A stretch of 64,000 nucleotides of DNA from a virus, in IMG/VR virus record IMGVR_UViG_3300029258_004290, positions 1 through 64,000 of that record; one strand, 5' to 3'. The translations under genes were made by a program, and so were the position numbers. Below the pieces are notes generated by a model. That model saw nothing but the letters and a program-made list of their open reading frames with translations. It did no database searches and was not told the origin of the DNA. Shown here one piece after another: positions 43,301-51,026 of the stretch (its first letter is position 1; each line of letters starts with the position of its first letter).

Positions 43301-45084
43301 AGACCGTCTACGAGACCCTGCAGCGCGAGAAGAACTCCGGCGCGTACCTCTGCAGCACGGCGGAGTATACGGCGCGGTTCTTCGAGCAGTACGCCGCGTG
43401 GAAGCACCGCGGCAAGGAGATCGACGGGCCGGCCGGGTTCCTCAAGTGGGAGCGGTACCTCCGGCGGTCGCACTACTTCACCGAGGCGGAGTTCAAGGCG
43501 CTGCTCCCCCACTTCAAGGCCGCGTGCAGGGAGCGGATGGGCGAGAAGTTCCTCAAGTCGCTCCTCCGCCGGCTCACGCTGCTCCTGAAGGGCAAGGGCT
43601 TCCCGGTCGGGACCATCCGGAAGATGGCCGGCCTGTGGCACAAGAAGCTCCCGACCGGGAAGTGGTGGCCGCTGAAGAAGGACGAGGTGAAGGCGCACGA
43701 GGCCATGCTCAAGGAGAAGGGCCTCCTGAAGCCGGGCGAGGAGCAGAAGCCGCGCAGGCGGAAGAAGAAGGGCGAGGCGCAGGACAAGGCGCCGCCGCCC
43801 CCGCCGGGGCCGGTCGGCGAGATGGCCGCCGCGATCGTGAAGAACAACCCGAGCGCCGGCAGGATCAAGCCGACGCCGGGGGCGACGTCCCAGAACTACG
43901 CCGTCCCCTACGACTACGGCCAGCTCCTCGCCGAGTACACGAAGGACGACCCGGACCTCGCGGCGTCCGTGCTCAACGACCTCGAAGGGACGATGCGCGC
44001 CATCGCCCAGGCGTCGGGCGGCGTGAGCCCCCCGAACAGCGGCGCCTTCGCCGCGCTTCTCAACCGCATCACCGACTCAAACCTGCAGGCGATGCTGCTG
44101 GCCGCCCACAAGGGCGGGAAGTCGCTCGCCGGCCTCCGGGCGAAGATGCCGGCGTACGCGAAGCTCACCGGCAACAAAGAGTGGGACCTGCAGCGGAGGG
44201 AGTGGGCGACGTGGCCCGACCCGATGTCATCCAGGCAGGACGTCCACTACGCCATGCTCGGCGCCTGGGGCTCTAGCTCCGGGAAGCCGGGCGCGGTGCT
44301 GCTGCAGCAGACGGTCGGCGAGGTGCTCCTCGGGCGGAAGCCGTTCATCTGGCAGCACCTCGTGGCGAAGAAGGGCAAGGGCGGCAAGTTCCCCATCCAC
44401 CCGAAGGTGCGCGAGACCGCGAAGGACGCGGTGCGCTGGCTGTACGCGCAGACGCAGCGGAGGCTCAAGGAGGTCGATGACATCAAGACGCTCCAGGACC
44501 TGGACTACAGGGGCAAGGACGCCGCCGCCCTGATGGACGCGGTCGGCGCGGAGCTCACGAGGGACATGCCGCCCGGCGACGCCAAAACCAAGCGCCTGGA
44601 GATCTACGCCGAGGTCGCCAAGTCGCTGCCGCGGGAGTACCCGACCTTCTTCGTATCCGAGCAGAACACCGTGCAGGTCATGCAGGCGATCGTGGCGATC
44701 GCCGCGGAACCGCTCAAGGCGGCCGGCCTGGACCAGCCGTACGGCATCGAAGTGACCGTCAGGAACGCGCTCAGGAAGGCCATGAAGGGGACGGCGGCGA
44801 AGGCCGGGTCGAAGGACAGGCTGGTCCTGTTCCGCGGCGTCAAGGCCCCGACCGTCGCGCGCAACGCCGTCGAAAGCTGGACCCGCCGCAAGTCCACCGC
44901 CGACAGCTTCGACCACCACAAGGTGTTCCGCGAGGAGGTCCCGCTCTCGCAGATCCTTGCGTTCCCCAAGACCGACAGCAAGCTCGCGGCGAACGAGGGC
45001 AAGTACGGAGAGGACGAGTTCCTCCTCCTAGCCACACCACCGCTCGAGCACCTGGCCACGCAGGCCAAGGAGGCGCACTCATGA
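40330..45084 (+). CDS. large polyvalent head protein H: ART-like + zincin metallopeptidase-like + ART-like
   Basis: LYRG/ESWT/EQE (41308-41502); HELMH (42829-42843) with downstream EYTARFFEQY; LFRG/ESWT/EDE (44830-45018); each module preceded by a K|A/S/G site and a tag. Confidence 0.75.
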   Translation: MKRRALRGLGGRRVEVLTPETEADAARLASAAAAGEADGRASFGDGRPLRKARRGMVLGRRGRLVPEKRTVTRGGRTFQQTVWVRPGERPKAPATAAAVARAIEPVVAEVKRMAPKWLAFRQQGEPAWGGKRKKETAAGLARSAMHDWDIGKQVTAILRKRPRLAAAFFNDMEGVNRELKRQTGLAMDYARFGEIDLLDTMKAAAASGESLAGFRAQAKGLGERYDKGRIIDNPRYDRGLRWVATMHDPTSTTEEIQHAMLAQWERGGLGANAVTHQIVQSAFAGKPVRDAGIPDVMVEKAKHAVLDLYRRTQDALRARGEKKIRLYRGVQTMAGGNILESWTPDEEMATFFANIGKFKGKVRRGNIPAARVLATYDTPPGEGILRDNEQEYMVLTKRPDAFGKSMAWILEKARAGLVQREVQVKGRRRFYFAKRWVKVGPEEDDLEPMALSTMPKPVGYITPSGNVRRLSKAGRYGWGKASRAQLERWRDVITGKAAPETEAERLGRREYEAGEYGGTPPGYEHKHGKMPDGSPPPGDGSRATPERMLAECPKIGEALRNMAGPWDYLGSHGDQRMFFDAYSGKDAVPVEYQDRFCQDYEFAFKTWRAAAPDGSPRRGIPTPHELVSKLPGVKGVLGRLKGAQVKKAAKWLWDHLASVAWGSFVKGVKTVTEAQRAQADAWIAAFKDPEGMGISYAGARALALYSDACHREAEAQSYTKQRTKRLVAGMKNAEGYDFAGRQITPKEAKGIDAMLGRIRGLVPSANRLATAWQLRVNVIALGSIKGPTGQGVAGQYWPDLGPEDAAGEPETWRKRGVKSRELDLDYKHTYAVAHELMHSWDDAAKKGIAVDPGAGAPKARGSIGWKFRELMGDAMVENGTLARWYRFGTDAAIPTTANEREYRDASDKLAYAVGEPEASITAQLVRFTHTKHGSRVKTLDAVSKAFRKAATEAGLTESESGVFWKDVRHTWEARRSPFARLVRTKYGTRKETVYETLQREKNSGAYLCSTAEYTARFFEQYAAWKHRGKEIDGPAGFLKWERYLRRSHYFTEAEFKALLPHFKAACRERMGEKFLKSLLRRLTLLLKGKGFPVGTIRKMAGLWHKKLPTGKWWPLKKDEVKAHEAMLKEKGLLKPGEEQKPRRRKKKGEAQDKAPPPPPGPVGEMAAAIVKNNPSAGRIKPTPGATSQNYAVPYDYGQLLAEYTKDDPDLAASVLNDLEGTMRAIAQASGGVSPPNSGAFAALLNRITDSNLQAMLLAAHKGGKSLAGLRAKMPAYAKLTGNKEWDLQRREWATWPDPMSSRQDVHYAMLGAWGSSSGKPGAVLLQQTVGEVLLGRKPFIWQHLVAKKGKGGKFPIHPKVRETAKDAVRWLYAQTQRRLKEVDDIKTLQDLDYRGKDAAALMDAVGAELTRDMPPGDAKTKRLEIYAEVAKSLPREYPTFFVSEQNTVQVMQAIVAIAAEPLKAAGLDQPYGIEVTVRNALRKAMKGTAAKAGSKDRLVLFRGVKAPTVARNAVESWTRRKSTADSFDHHKVFREEVPLSQILAFPKTDSKLAANEGKYGEDEFLLLATPPLEHLATQAKEAHS

Positions 45085-45725
45085 GGCTCATAGTCTTCAC
45101 CAAGGCGAAGAAGGAGACCGCCCCCTCGTCCCGGCCGCCGAAGGGCTGGTGGGAGAGGGTCACGGCCGCTCTCGGGGGGGAGAAGGGCGTCAAGTCGGTC
45201 CGCCGCCTCGCCGGCTGGATTTGGTACCACGGGATCAAGACCGGCAAGGGCCGCCAGGAGCGGCGGAAGGCCGAGGGGAAGACGTACCGGTGGCGCGAGG
45301 GCGAGAAGAAGAAGGGCACCAGGAAGTCCCTGGCCGCGGTCTTCTCGCCGTCCGCGATGCGTAAGTCCCGTGTCGGCGAGGAGGACTTCGGCAAGAAGTT
45401 CGCGGCCCTGGTCAAGAAGGGCGACCTGTCCGACGAGACGTTCCACGCCTGGGCCAAGCGCCAGGGCTGGGACGAGCACCGGGCCGAGGAGGCCGCGTAC
45501 CGGATGCTCGCGTCCTTCCTGGGTGGCGGACTCGCCAGGAAGAAGGGCTTCACCGAGAAGGACGCCGACCCGAAGGAGCTCCGCCTGGGCGTCAAGGTCG
45601 AGATGGAGCACACCAACTCCAGGTGGATCGCGAAGCGCATCGCGCTCGACCACCTGGCCGAGAACCCGCGGTACTACTCCGAGGTCCTCCTGCCGGCCGA
45701 GAAGAGGGCGGGGTCAGCGCACTGA
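45081..45725 (+). CDS. putative head protein with DUF5661-like C-terminal domain
   Basis: DPKELRLGVKVEMEHT...AKRIALDHLAENPRYY; FTKA, TRKS and MRKS sites. Confidence 0.6.
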   Translation: MRLIVFTKAKKETAPSSRPPKGWWERVTAALGGEKGVKSVRRLAGWIWYHGIKTGKGRQERRKAEGKTYRWREGEKKKGTRKSLAAVFSPSAMRKSRVGEEDFGKKFAALVKKGDLSDETFHAWAKRQGWDEHRAEEAAYRMLASFLGGGLARKKGFTEKDADPKELRLGVKVEMEHTNSRWIAKRIALDHLAENPRYYSEVLLPAEKRAGSAH

Positions 45726-45967
45726 TGCCGCTGGCCGGAGGAAAGGAGCCCACCGGGAAGGACAAGGCCCGGTGGGAGGAGGCGAAGGCCGCGGCCCGGA
45801 AGAAGGGGCTGAAGGGCGATCGCTTCTGGGCGTACGCGAACTCGATCTACCAGACCCGCGCCGGGCGGAAGTCTTGGGCCGATGACCTCGAGGCGCACCA
45901 CCGCTTCAAGTACGGCGAGCCCGGGGTCACGCGCATACGCTTTTACGTGAGGAGGGGCATCCATTGA
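45725..45967 (+). CDS. small putative head protein
   Basis: RWEEAKAAARKKG...FWAYANSIY...GRKS; TGATG coupling. Confidence 0.55.
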   Translation: MPLAGGKEPTGKDKARWEEAKAAARKKGLKGDRFWAYANSIYQTRAGRKSWADDLEAHHRFKYGEPGVTRIRFYVRRGIH

Positions 45968-46191
45968 AGCGGCACAAGGTGCTCGCCTGGGACGGCGGCA
46001 CGGTCGAGGTCGTCGAGGCGGAGAACGAGAGGGACGCGGCGGAGATCCTGAGGGGGGTCAGGTCCGGCGCGATCGACGGGCGTGCGAGCCACGCGGACAT
46101 GAGGGAGTCCGTGCGGCGCGGCGAGCTCGGCAGGTCGCACCCGACGGGGCCGACCCGGCGGCTGACGATCCGGCGCAAGCGGCGCCGCTAG
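45964..46191 (+). CDS. hypothetical protein
   Basis: GAGGAGG SD; TTGA coupling. Confidence 0.5.
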   Translation: MKRHKVLAWDGGTVEVVEAENERDAAEILRGVRSGAIDGRASHADMRESVRRGELGRSHPTGPTRRLTIRRKRRR

Positions 46192-46214
46192 CGACACAAC
46201 GGTAGGGAGAGACC

Positions 46215-47309
46215 ATGGGGAAGGAGAGGGAGCTGACGCTCCGCGTCCGCCTGGACGGCGACGACGGGGAGCGGCGCGCCAGGCTCGCCAGGGGCGTGGC
46301 CGTCATGGCCAAGGCGCTCCGGACGCGGGCCAAGATTAGCGACGGCGACCCGCAGGCGCACCAGAAGGAGGTGCCCCTGCCGGTCGTCGCGGAGGTCGAG
46401 GAGGAGTTCAAGCGGCTCGGGCACGCGATCGGTCAGGAGCTCGCGGTCCTGGTGGCGAGGCACACGGGCCTGCTGTCCAAGGCTGCGGCCCCGTTCAGGC
46501 TGGGGACGAGGGTCTTCGTCGACCCGGCGACCGGCAAGCCGCTCACCCAGCGGCAGTGGAACCGCCTGACCAGGGCGATCGACGGCTACATCAAGCAGAG
46601 GATCGGCGGCGCGGCCGAGCGCCTGGTCGCGCGGCAGACGGCGCTCGGGGCCATCACGCAGCGGCTCGAGGCGCGCGGCCAGGACCCGGAGGCGCTGAAG
46701 CTGGCGGACATCCGGCAGCCGCTGCCCGCGTCCGCGAAGGCCGCGTCCGCCATCTTCAAGGAGGCGGCGCTGGCGGCGCGGCCCGCGTTCAACACCGAGC
46801 GGACGGCGCAGTACGTGACCTCCGCCTCGGAGAAGATGCGGAACGACATCAAGCGCGTCATCAACGACGGTCTGTCGCAGCGGAAGGGCCGGGGCCAGAT
46901 GGCCCAGGAGCTCCTCGAGCTGCGGGGCAAGTGGAACCGGGACTGGGACCGGATCGTCGAGACCGAGAGCCAGGACGCCTTCAACGACGGGTACCTGGCC
47001 TCGGAGCTCGACCAGGCCGACCCCGGGGAACCGGTCTACATGGTCGGGAAGGGGGCGGCGAACGCCTGCCCGGTCTGCCGGCGGGACGTCGTCGGCCGGG
47101 TGGTGCGGCTCCTGCCCGGCCCCCCGGAGGGCGGAGGGGAGAAGATTCGCGACCCGCACACGGACACGGCCATCTGGCCCGGGAAGTCGAGCGTCGGGCA
47201 CGGGGCGAAGGAGTCGTACGCCGTCATCACGCGGCACCCCTGGTGCTGCTGCCGCTGGGCCAGGACCTACCCAGAGGACATCGAGTTTGAGAACACGCCG
47301 GCCCCGTAG
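46215..47309 (+). CDS. MuF / SPP1 gp7-like minor head protein
   Basis: NRDWDRIVETESQDAFNDG, ACPVC, HPWCCCRW. Confidence 0.85.
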   Translation: MGKERELTLRVRLDGDDGERRARLARGVAVMAKALRTRAKISDGDPQAHQKEVPLPVVAEVEEEFKRLGHAIGQELAVLVARHTGLLSKAAAPFRLGTRVFVDPATGKPLTQRQWNRLTRAIDGYIKQRIGGAAERLVARQTALGAITQRLEARGQDPEALKLADIRQPLPASAKAASAIFKEAALAARPAFNTERTAQYVTSASEKMRNDIKRVINDGLSQRKGRGQMAQELLELRGKWNRDWDRIVETESQDAFNDGYLASELDQADPGEPVYMVGKGAANACPVCRRDVVGRVVRLLPGPPEGGGEKIRDPHTDTAIWPGKSSVGHGAKESYAVITRHPWCCCRWARTYPEDIEFENTPAP

Positions 47310-47357
47310 GACGCTTCCGCAGGCGCTAAGGGCCCAACGGTAGTTAGAGAACCCTAT

Positions 47358-47747
47358 ATGTCGAACCAATGGAAAAAGGATCATCCCGAGAAGGCGCGCG
47401 AGATTGGAAGGGCGGCGTCCGCCCGCTTTCGCGTTAAGCATCCGCGCCGGCACAAGGACCAGTACATCCGCTGGAAATACGGTATCAGTTTGAAGGAGTT
47501 TGAGACCCTGCTCAAGGCTCAGGGGTATTGCTGCGCTATTTGTGGTGGCAATCTACGTGGGCGGCGGAGAAAGAACATCGACCACGACCATGAGACCGGT
47601 GAAGTGCGCGGGGTCCTCTGCTATGCCTGTAACTTGATGCTCGGGTTTGGGCGGGATAACCCGGAAACCCTGAGGCGCGCTGCGAAATATCTCGAAGCCG
47701 AGAAAGGGTCCGTCCTCTGGCTGGTAAGGAGCGAGGCCAATGGATAA
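47358..47747 (+). mobile_element. free-standing endonuclease VII-family (HNH-like) putative homing endonuclease gene
   Basis: YGISLKEF...QGYCCAICG...[37 protein letters not shown]; visibly lower GC than flanks. Confidence 0.8.
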
Positions 47748-48612
47748 ATACGCGTATATCACTCTGCCGTCCATTCTCATTAAGGCAGATAAAAAGGAGA
47801 AGGACATCCTCTATTTGGAGGCGTCCAATCCGCAGGTTGACCAGCAAAGAGAGAAGGTGCTGCCATCCGCGCTTGAAGACGAGGCGCACAACTTCCTCAA
47901 GTCCGGCGTCATTAGCTGGGATCACCAGCACAAAATCCGTCAAGACCCGTCTTACATCATCGGGGAGCCCCTCGACGTCCGTGTCGGGAAGAAGCGCGCA
48001 ACCCTGGTGAAGGCGCGGATCTACCGGGACTGCCGGTACGGGAGGGCGGTGCTCGAGCTCGCGAAGTCCGCGTGCACCCGCCTGGGCGCCAGTATCGGCG
48101 GCTTCATTGTGAAGAGGGTCACGCAGTTCGACGCGGCCCTGAAGAAGTCCATCCCCACGATCGCGAAGATCCTGTGGGACGAGGTGGCCATCACCCATCG
48201 GGCCGTCAACGCCGCGACCGCGGCGGCCGGCGGCGGGCAGGGCGTGTCGATCACGCCCTTCGCGGAGTTCGCGAAGAGCTGGATCCTGGACGAGGCCGAG
48301 CGGGCGGAGGTCATCAAGGGCCTGACCGCCGGCTACGGGACGGACGCCGCGGCGTACGCGGGCGGCCGCGCCCTCCAGAAGGAGAGCCTCATGGGGGCGA
48401 AGGAGCCGATGGACTCGCAGCACCGCCGGCACCTGCAGGGGGCGTTCGTGGACCTGCTGCGCCACCTGTCGACCGGGCAGGTGCGGCACTACGGGGATTT
48501 GACGAGGGTGCTCCGCGCCCACGGCGCGGAGGACGCGGCGGACGAGGCCGCGAAGCTCATCGTGGAGAATAAAGACCGACTCAAGCGCATGCTACCAACC
48601 ATAAGGAGGTAA
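47740..48612 (+). CDS. prohead maturation protease
   Basis: [16 protein letters not shown] (His), LGASIGG (Ser), EVAIT..AVN; between MuF and scaffold/MCP. Confidence 0.8.
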   Translation: MDKYAYITLPSILIKADKKEKDILYLEASNPQVDQQREKVLPSALEDEAHNFLKSGVISWDHQHKIRQDPSYIIGEPLDVRVGKKRATLVKARIYRDCRYGRAVLELAKSACTRLGASIGGFIVKRVTQFDAALKKSIPTIAKILWDEVAITHRAVNAATAAAGGGQGVSITPFAEFAKSWILDEAERAEVIKGLTAGYGTDAAAYAGGRALQKESLMGAKEPMDSQHRRHLQGAFVDLLRHLSTGQVRHYGDLTRVLRAHGAEDAADEAAKLIVENKDRLKRMLPTIRR

Positions 48613-48619
48613 GAACGGC

Positions 48620-49498
48620 ATGGACGTGACGAAGGAAGCCAGGGACCTGGCGCGCCTGCTCAAGTCCGCCGCGGGCGGCGAGGCCGCCGCGGAGGCCGAG
48701 GCCGAGGAGTCGCCCACGCGGGCGGCGTTCGACCAGGCCGCCGAGGAGCTCCGGAAGGCCGCGGGCCTCCCGGGTCCCGAGGACGAGGACGAGGAGACGG
48801 ACGCCGGCGACGACGACGCGGAGGAGGCCCCTGAGGCCGACGCCGACGACGAGGCAACCGAGGAGAGCGGCGAGGACGCCGCCGACGACACGGAGCCGAC
48901 CCCGGAGAACCTGAAGAAGGCCTGGGACGACTTCATGAAGAAGAAGAAGAACGGGAAGAAGAACGGGAAGAAGGGCAAGAAGGACAACGAGGACGACGAC
49001 GACGAGGAGGACGAGGCCTACAAGTCCCGCGCCGTCGCCGAGACCGTCGCCGCCGACCCGGAGGCCGAGGCGGCCATGGACATCGAGCCCTTCCTCAAGG
49101 CGCTCGTCCACGGCATCGACCGCCGGCTCGACGCGATCGAGGCGACCGTCGCCAAGGCCGCCAAGGCCCAGGAGGCGGTGTTCGCGGTCCAGAAGAGCGC
49201 GGCGGGCCTGGCCCTGTCGCACGGCGACCTGGTCCGCGAGGTCCACGAGGTCGTCTCCGCGGCCGGCGGCCAGCCCGCGGAGCGCCGCGGCAGGCTCCGC
49301 GTCGTCGAGCGCTTCGGGAAGAGCGCCGCCGAGGACGGCGCCGACTACGACCCCCAGGAGGCGAAGGCCAAGCTGCTCGAGCTCGCCAAGAGCAAGGCGC
49401 TGTCGCCGGAGCAGATCGGGGTCTGCGAGATGCGGATCAACCACGGGCAGGAGCTGCCCGCCTACTTCGCGAAGCACTTCGCCGGGTCCGGCGAGTAG
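48620..49498 (+). CDS. scaffolding-like acidic protein
   Basis: Between protease and MCP; acidic/coiled; many K|S/A sites (LLKS, LRKA, LKKA, AYKS, FLKA, VQKS, FGKS, LAKS). Confidence 0.65.
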   Translation: MDVTKEARDLARLLKSAAGGEAAAEAEAEESPTRAAFDQAAEELRKAAGLPGPEDEDEETDAGDDDAEEAPEADADDEATEESGEDAADDTEPTPENLKKAWDDFMKKKKNGKKNGKKGKKDNEDDDDEEDEAYKSRAVAETVAADPEAEAAMDIEPFLKALVHGIDRRLDAIEATVAKAAKAQEAVFAVQKSAAGLALSHGDLVREVHEVVSAAGGQPAERRGRLRVVERFGKSAAEDGADYDPQEAKAKLLELAKSKALSPEQIGVCEMRINHGQELPAYFAKHFAGSGE

Positions 49499-49533
49499 CC
49501 GAGCGCAGAGAGAACACAAGGAGGTAAAGGGCA

Positions 49534-50925
49534 GTGGAAAACGCTGTTGTGGAACTTCTCGCGTCGCAGGCCGGTGACGGCTTCGCGATGGCGAACGACC
49601 TGGTGCTCGAGGACCTGCAGAAGGCCCTGACCGCCGGGTACGGCACCGACGCCGCCACCTTCACGGGCGGCCGCGCGCTCATGCCCGAGTCCCTGGACAC
49701 GACGCTCGTCTCCGTCCTGCACACGCAGGAGGAGGCCAAGCTCTTCCAGCGGCTCAAGAAGCAGCCGGTCAGCTCGACCGTGCACCAGTACGTGAAGCGG
49801 ACCGAGGTCGGGGACGACGACGGGGCGTTCGTCGCAGAGGGCGGCAACTCCCAGGAGAAGGACCAGACCCTCGCCCGCAAGATCGTCAACATGAAGTACC
49901 TGCAGACCAAGAGGCAGGCGACGATCCAGGCGGTCACGGCGAACACCATCGAGGACGCCATGGCCATCGAGCAGAACGCGGCGACCCTCTGGGTCATCCG
50001 CAACGTCGAGAAGACCCTGTTCACCGGGAACAGCTCCTTCGTGACCGAGCAGTTCGACGGGCTCGACGCGCTCCTCACCACGCACGTCCTGGACATGCGC
50101 GGCGGGGACGCGACCGGCTCGGCGTTCGAGAACAAGGTCAACGAGAGCTGCCGCCGCATCCGGGACTACTTCGGGAAGCCGAGCCTCATGCTCAGCTCGA
50201 CGATGGTCATGGAGGACATCCAGAAGCTCCTCCGCGACCGGATCCGCGTCGGCACCGGGGAGATCGTCTCCGGCAACGTCGTCTTCAACGCCTACCCGAC
50301 CAAGTTCGGGAAGCCGGAGCTCGAGGACGACGTGTTCATCAAGGAGGGGACCACGCCGGTCGCCTCCACGATCACCGCGTCCAGGCCGGGCGCGCCCACG
50401 ATCAACTCCGAGGCCGCCGGCGCCCACGCCTCCAGCGAGTTCGCCGCGGCCGACGCCGGCGCCTACTGGTACAAGGTGGTCGCGGTCAACGCCTACGGCG
50501 ACTCGACCGCCGACACCTCGTCCAGCGCCGTCACCGTCGCCTCGGGGGACCGCGTCACGCTCAACGTGACCGAGGGCTCCCCAGCCGCCACCGCGTACAA
50601 GGTCTACCGGAGCCAGAAGGGCGCGGCCACCGCGGCCGACTGCCGGTACGCCTTCACGGTCGCGCGCACCGCGGCCACCCAGGACATCTACGACACCAAC
50701 TCGTTCCTGCCGGGGACGTCGAGCGTCTACATCCTCACGATGGAGGCGCTCTACAACGGCATCGAGTGGAACCAGTTCCTCCCGATGATGAAGTTCCCCC
50801 TGTTCCCGACCGCCGCCGCGGTCTACCCGTTCCTGATGCTTCTCTTCGGCGCGCTCAACGTGAAGAAGGAAGAGCAGATGGTCCGGATCAAGAACGTGGC
50901 CTACAGCGGGATGGGGTGGTTCTAG
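49534..50925 (+). CDS. major capsid protein (SPO1/Twort-like)
   Basis: [12 protein letters not shown]...GGRAL..ESLD, STVHQY, EQFDGL; Ig/FN3-like insert YWYKVVAVNAYGDS; C-terminal VRIKNV; AAGGAGG SD. Confidence 0.9.
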   Translation: MENAVVELLASQAGDGFAMANDLVLEDLQKALTAGYGTDAATFTGGRALMPESLDTTLVSVLHTQEEAKLFQRLKKQPVSSTVHQYVKRTEVGDDDGAFVAEGGNSQEKDQTLARKIVNMKYLQTKRQATIQAVTANTIEDAMAIEQNAATLWVIRNVEKTLFTGNSSFVTEQFDGLDALLTTHVLDMRGGDATGSAFENKVNESCRRIRDYFGKPSLMLSSTMVMEDIQKLLRDRIRVGTGEIVSGNVVFNAYPTKFGKPELEDDVFIKEGTTPVASTITASRPGAPTINSEAAGAHASSEFAAADAGAYWYKVVAVNAYGDSTADTSSSAVTVASGDRVTLNVTEGSPAATAYKVYRSQKGAATAADCRYAFTVARTAATQDIYDTNSFLPGTSSVYILTMEALYNGIEWNQFLPMMKFPLFPTAAAVYPFLMLLFGALNVKKEEQMVRIKNVAYSGMGWF

Positions 50926-50950
50926 GCCCCGCCACAACCGAGTGACTGAC

Positions 50951-50994
50951 GCGGGCGCGCCCGCCGGCATCGAGCCGGGCCAGGGCGCGCCCGC
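50951..50994 (+). terminator. GC hairpin after the major capsid gene
   Basis: GCGGGCGCGCCC / GGGCGCGCCCGC 12-bp stem; no U tract. Confidence 0.4.
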
Positions 50995-51026
50995 CCGCGC
51001 ATAACAACGGTAGGGAGTGCAAAGAC

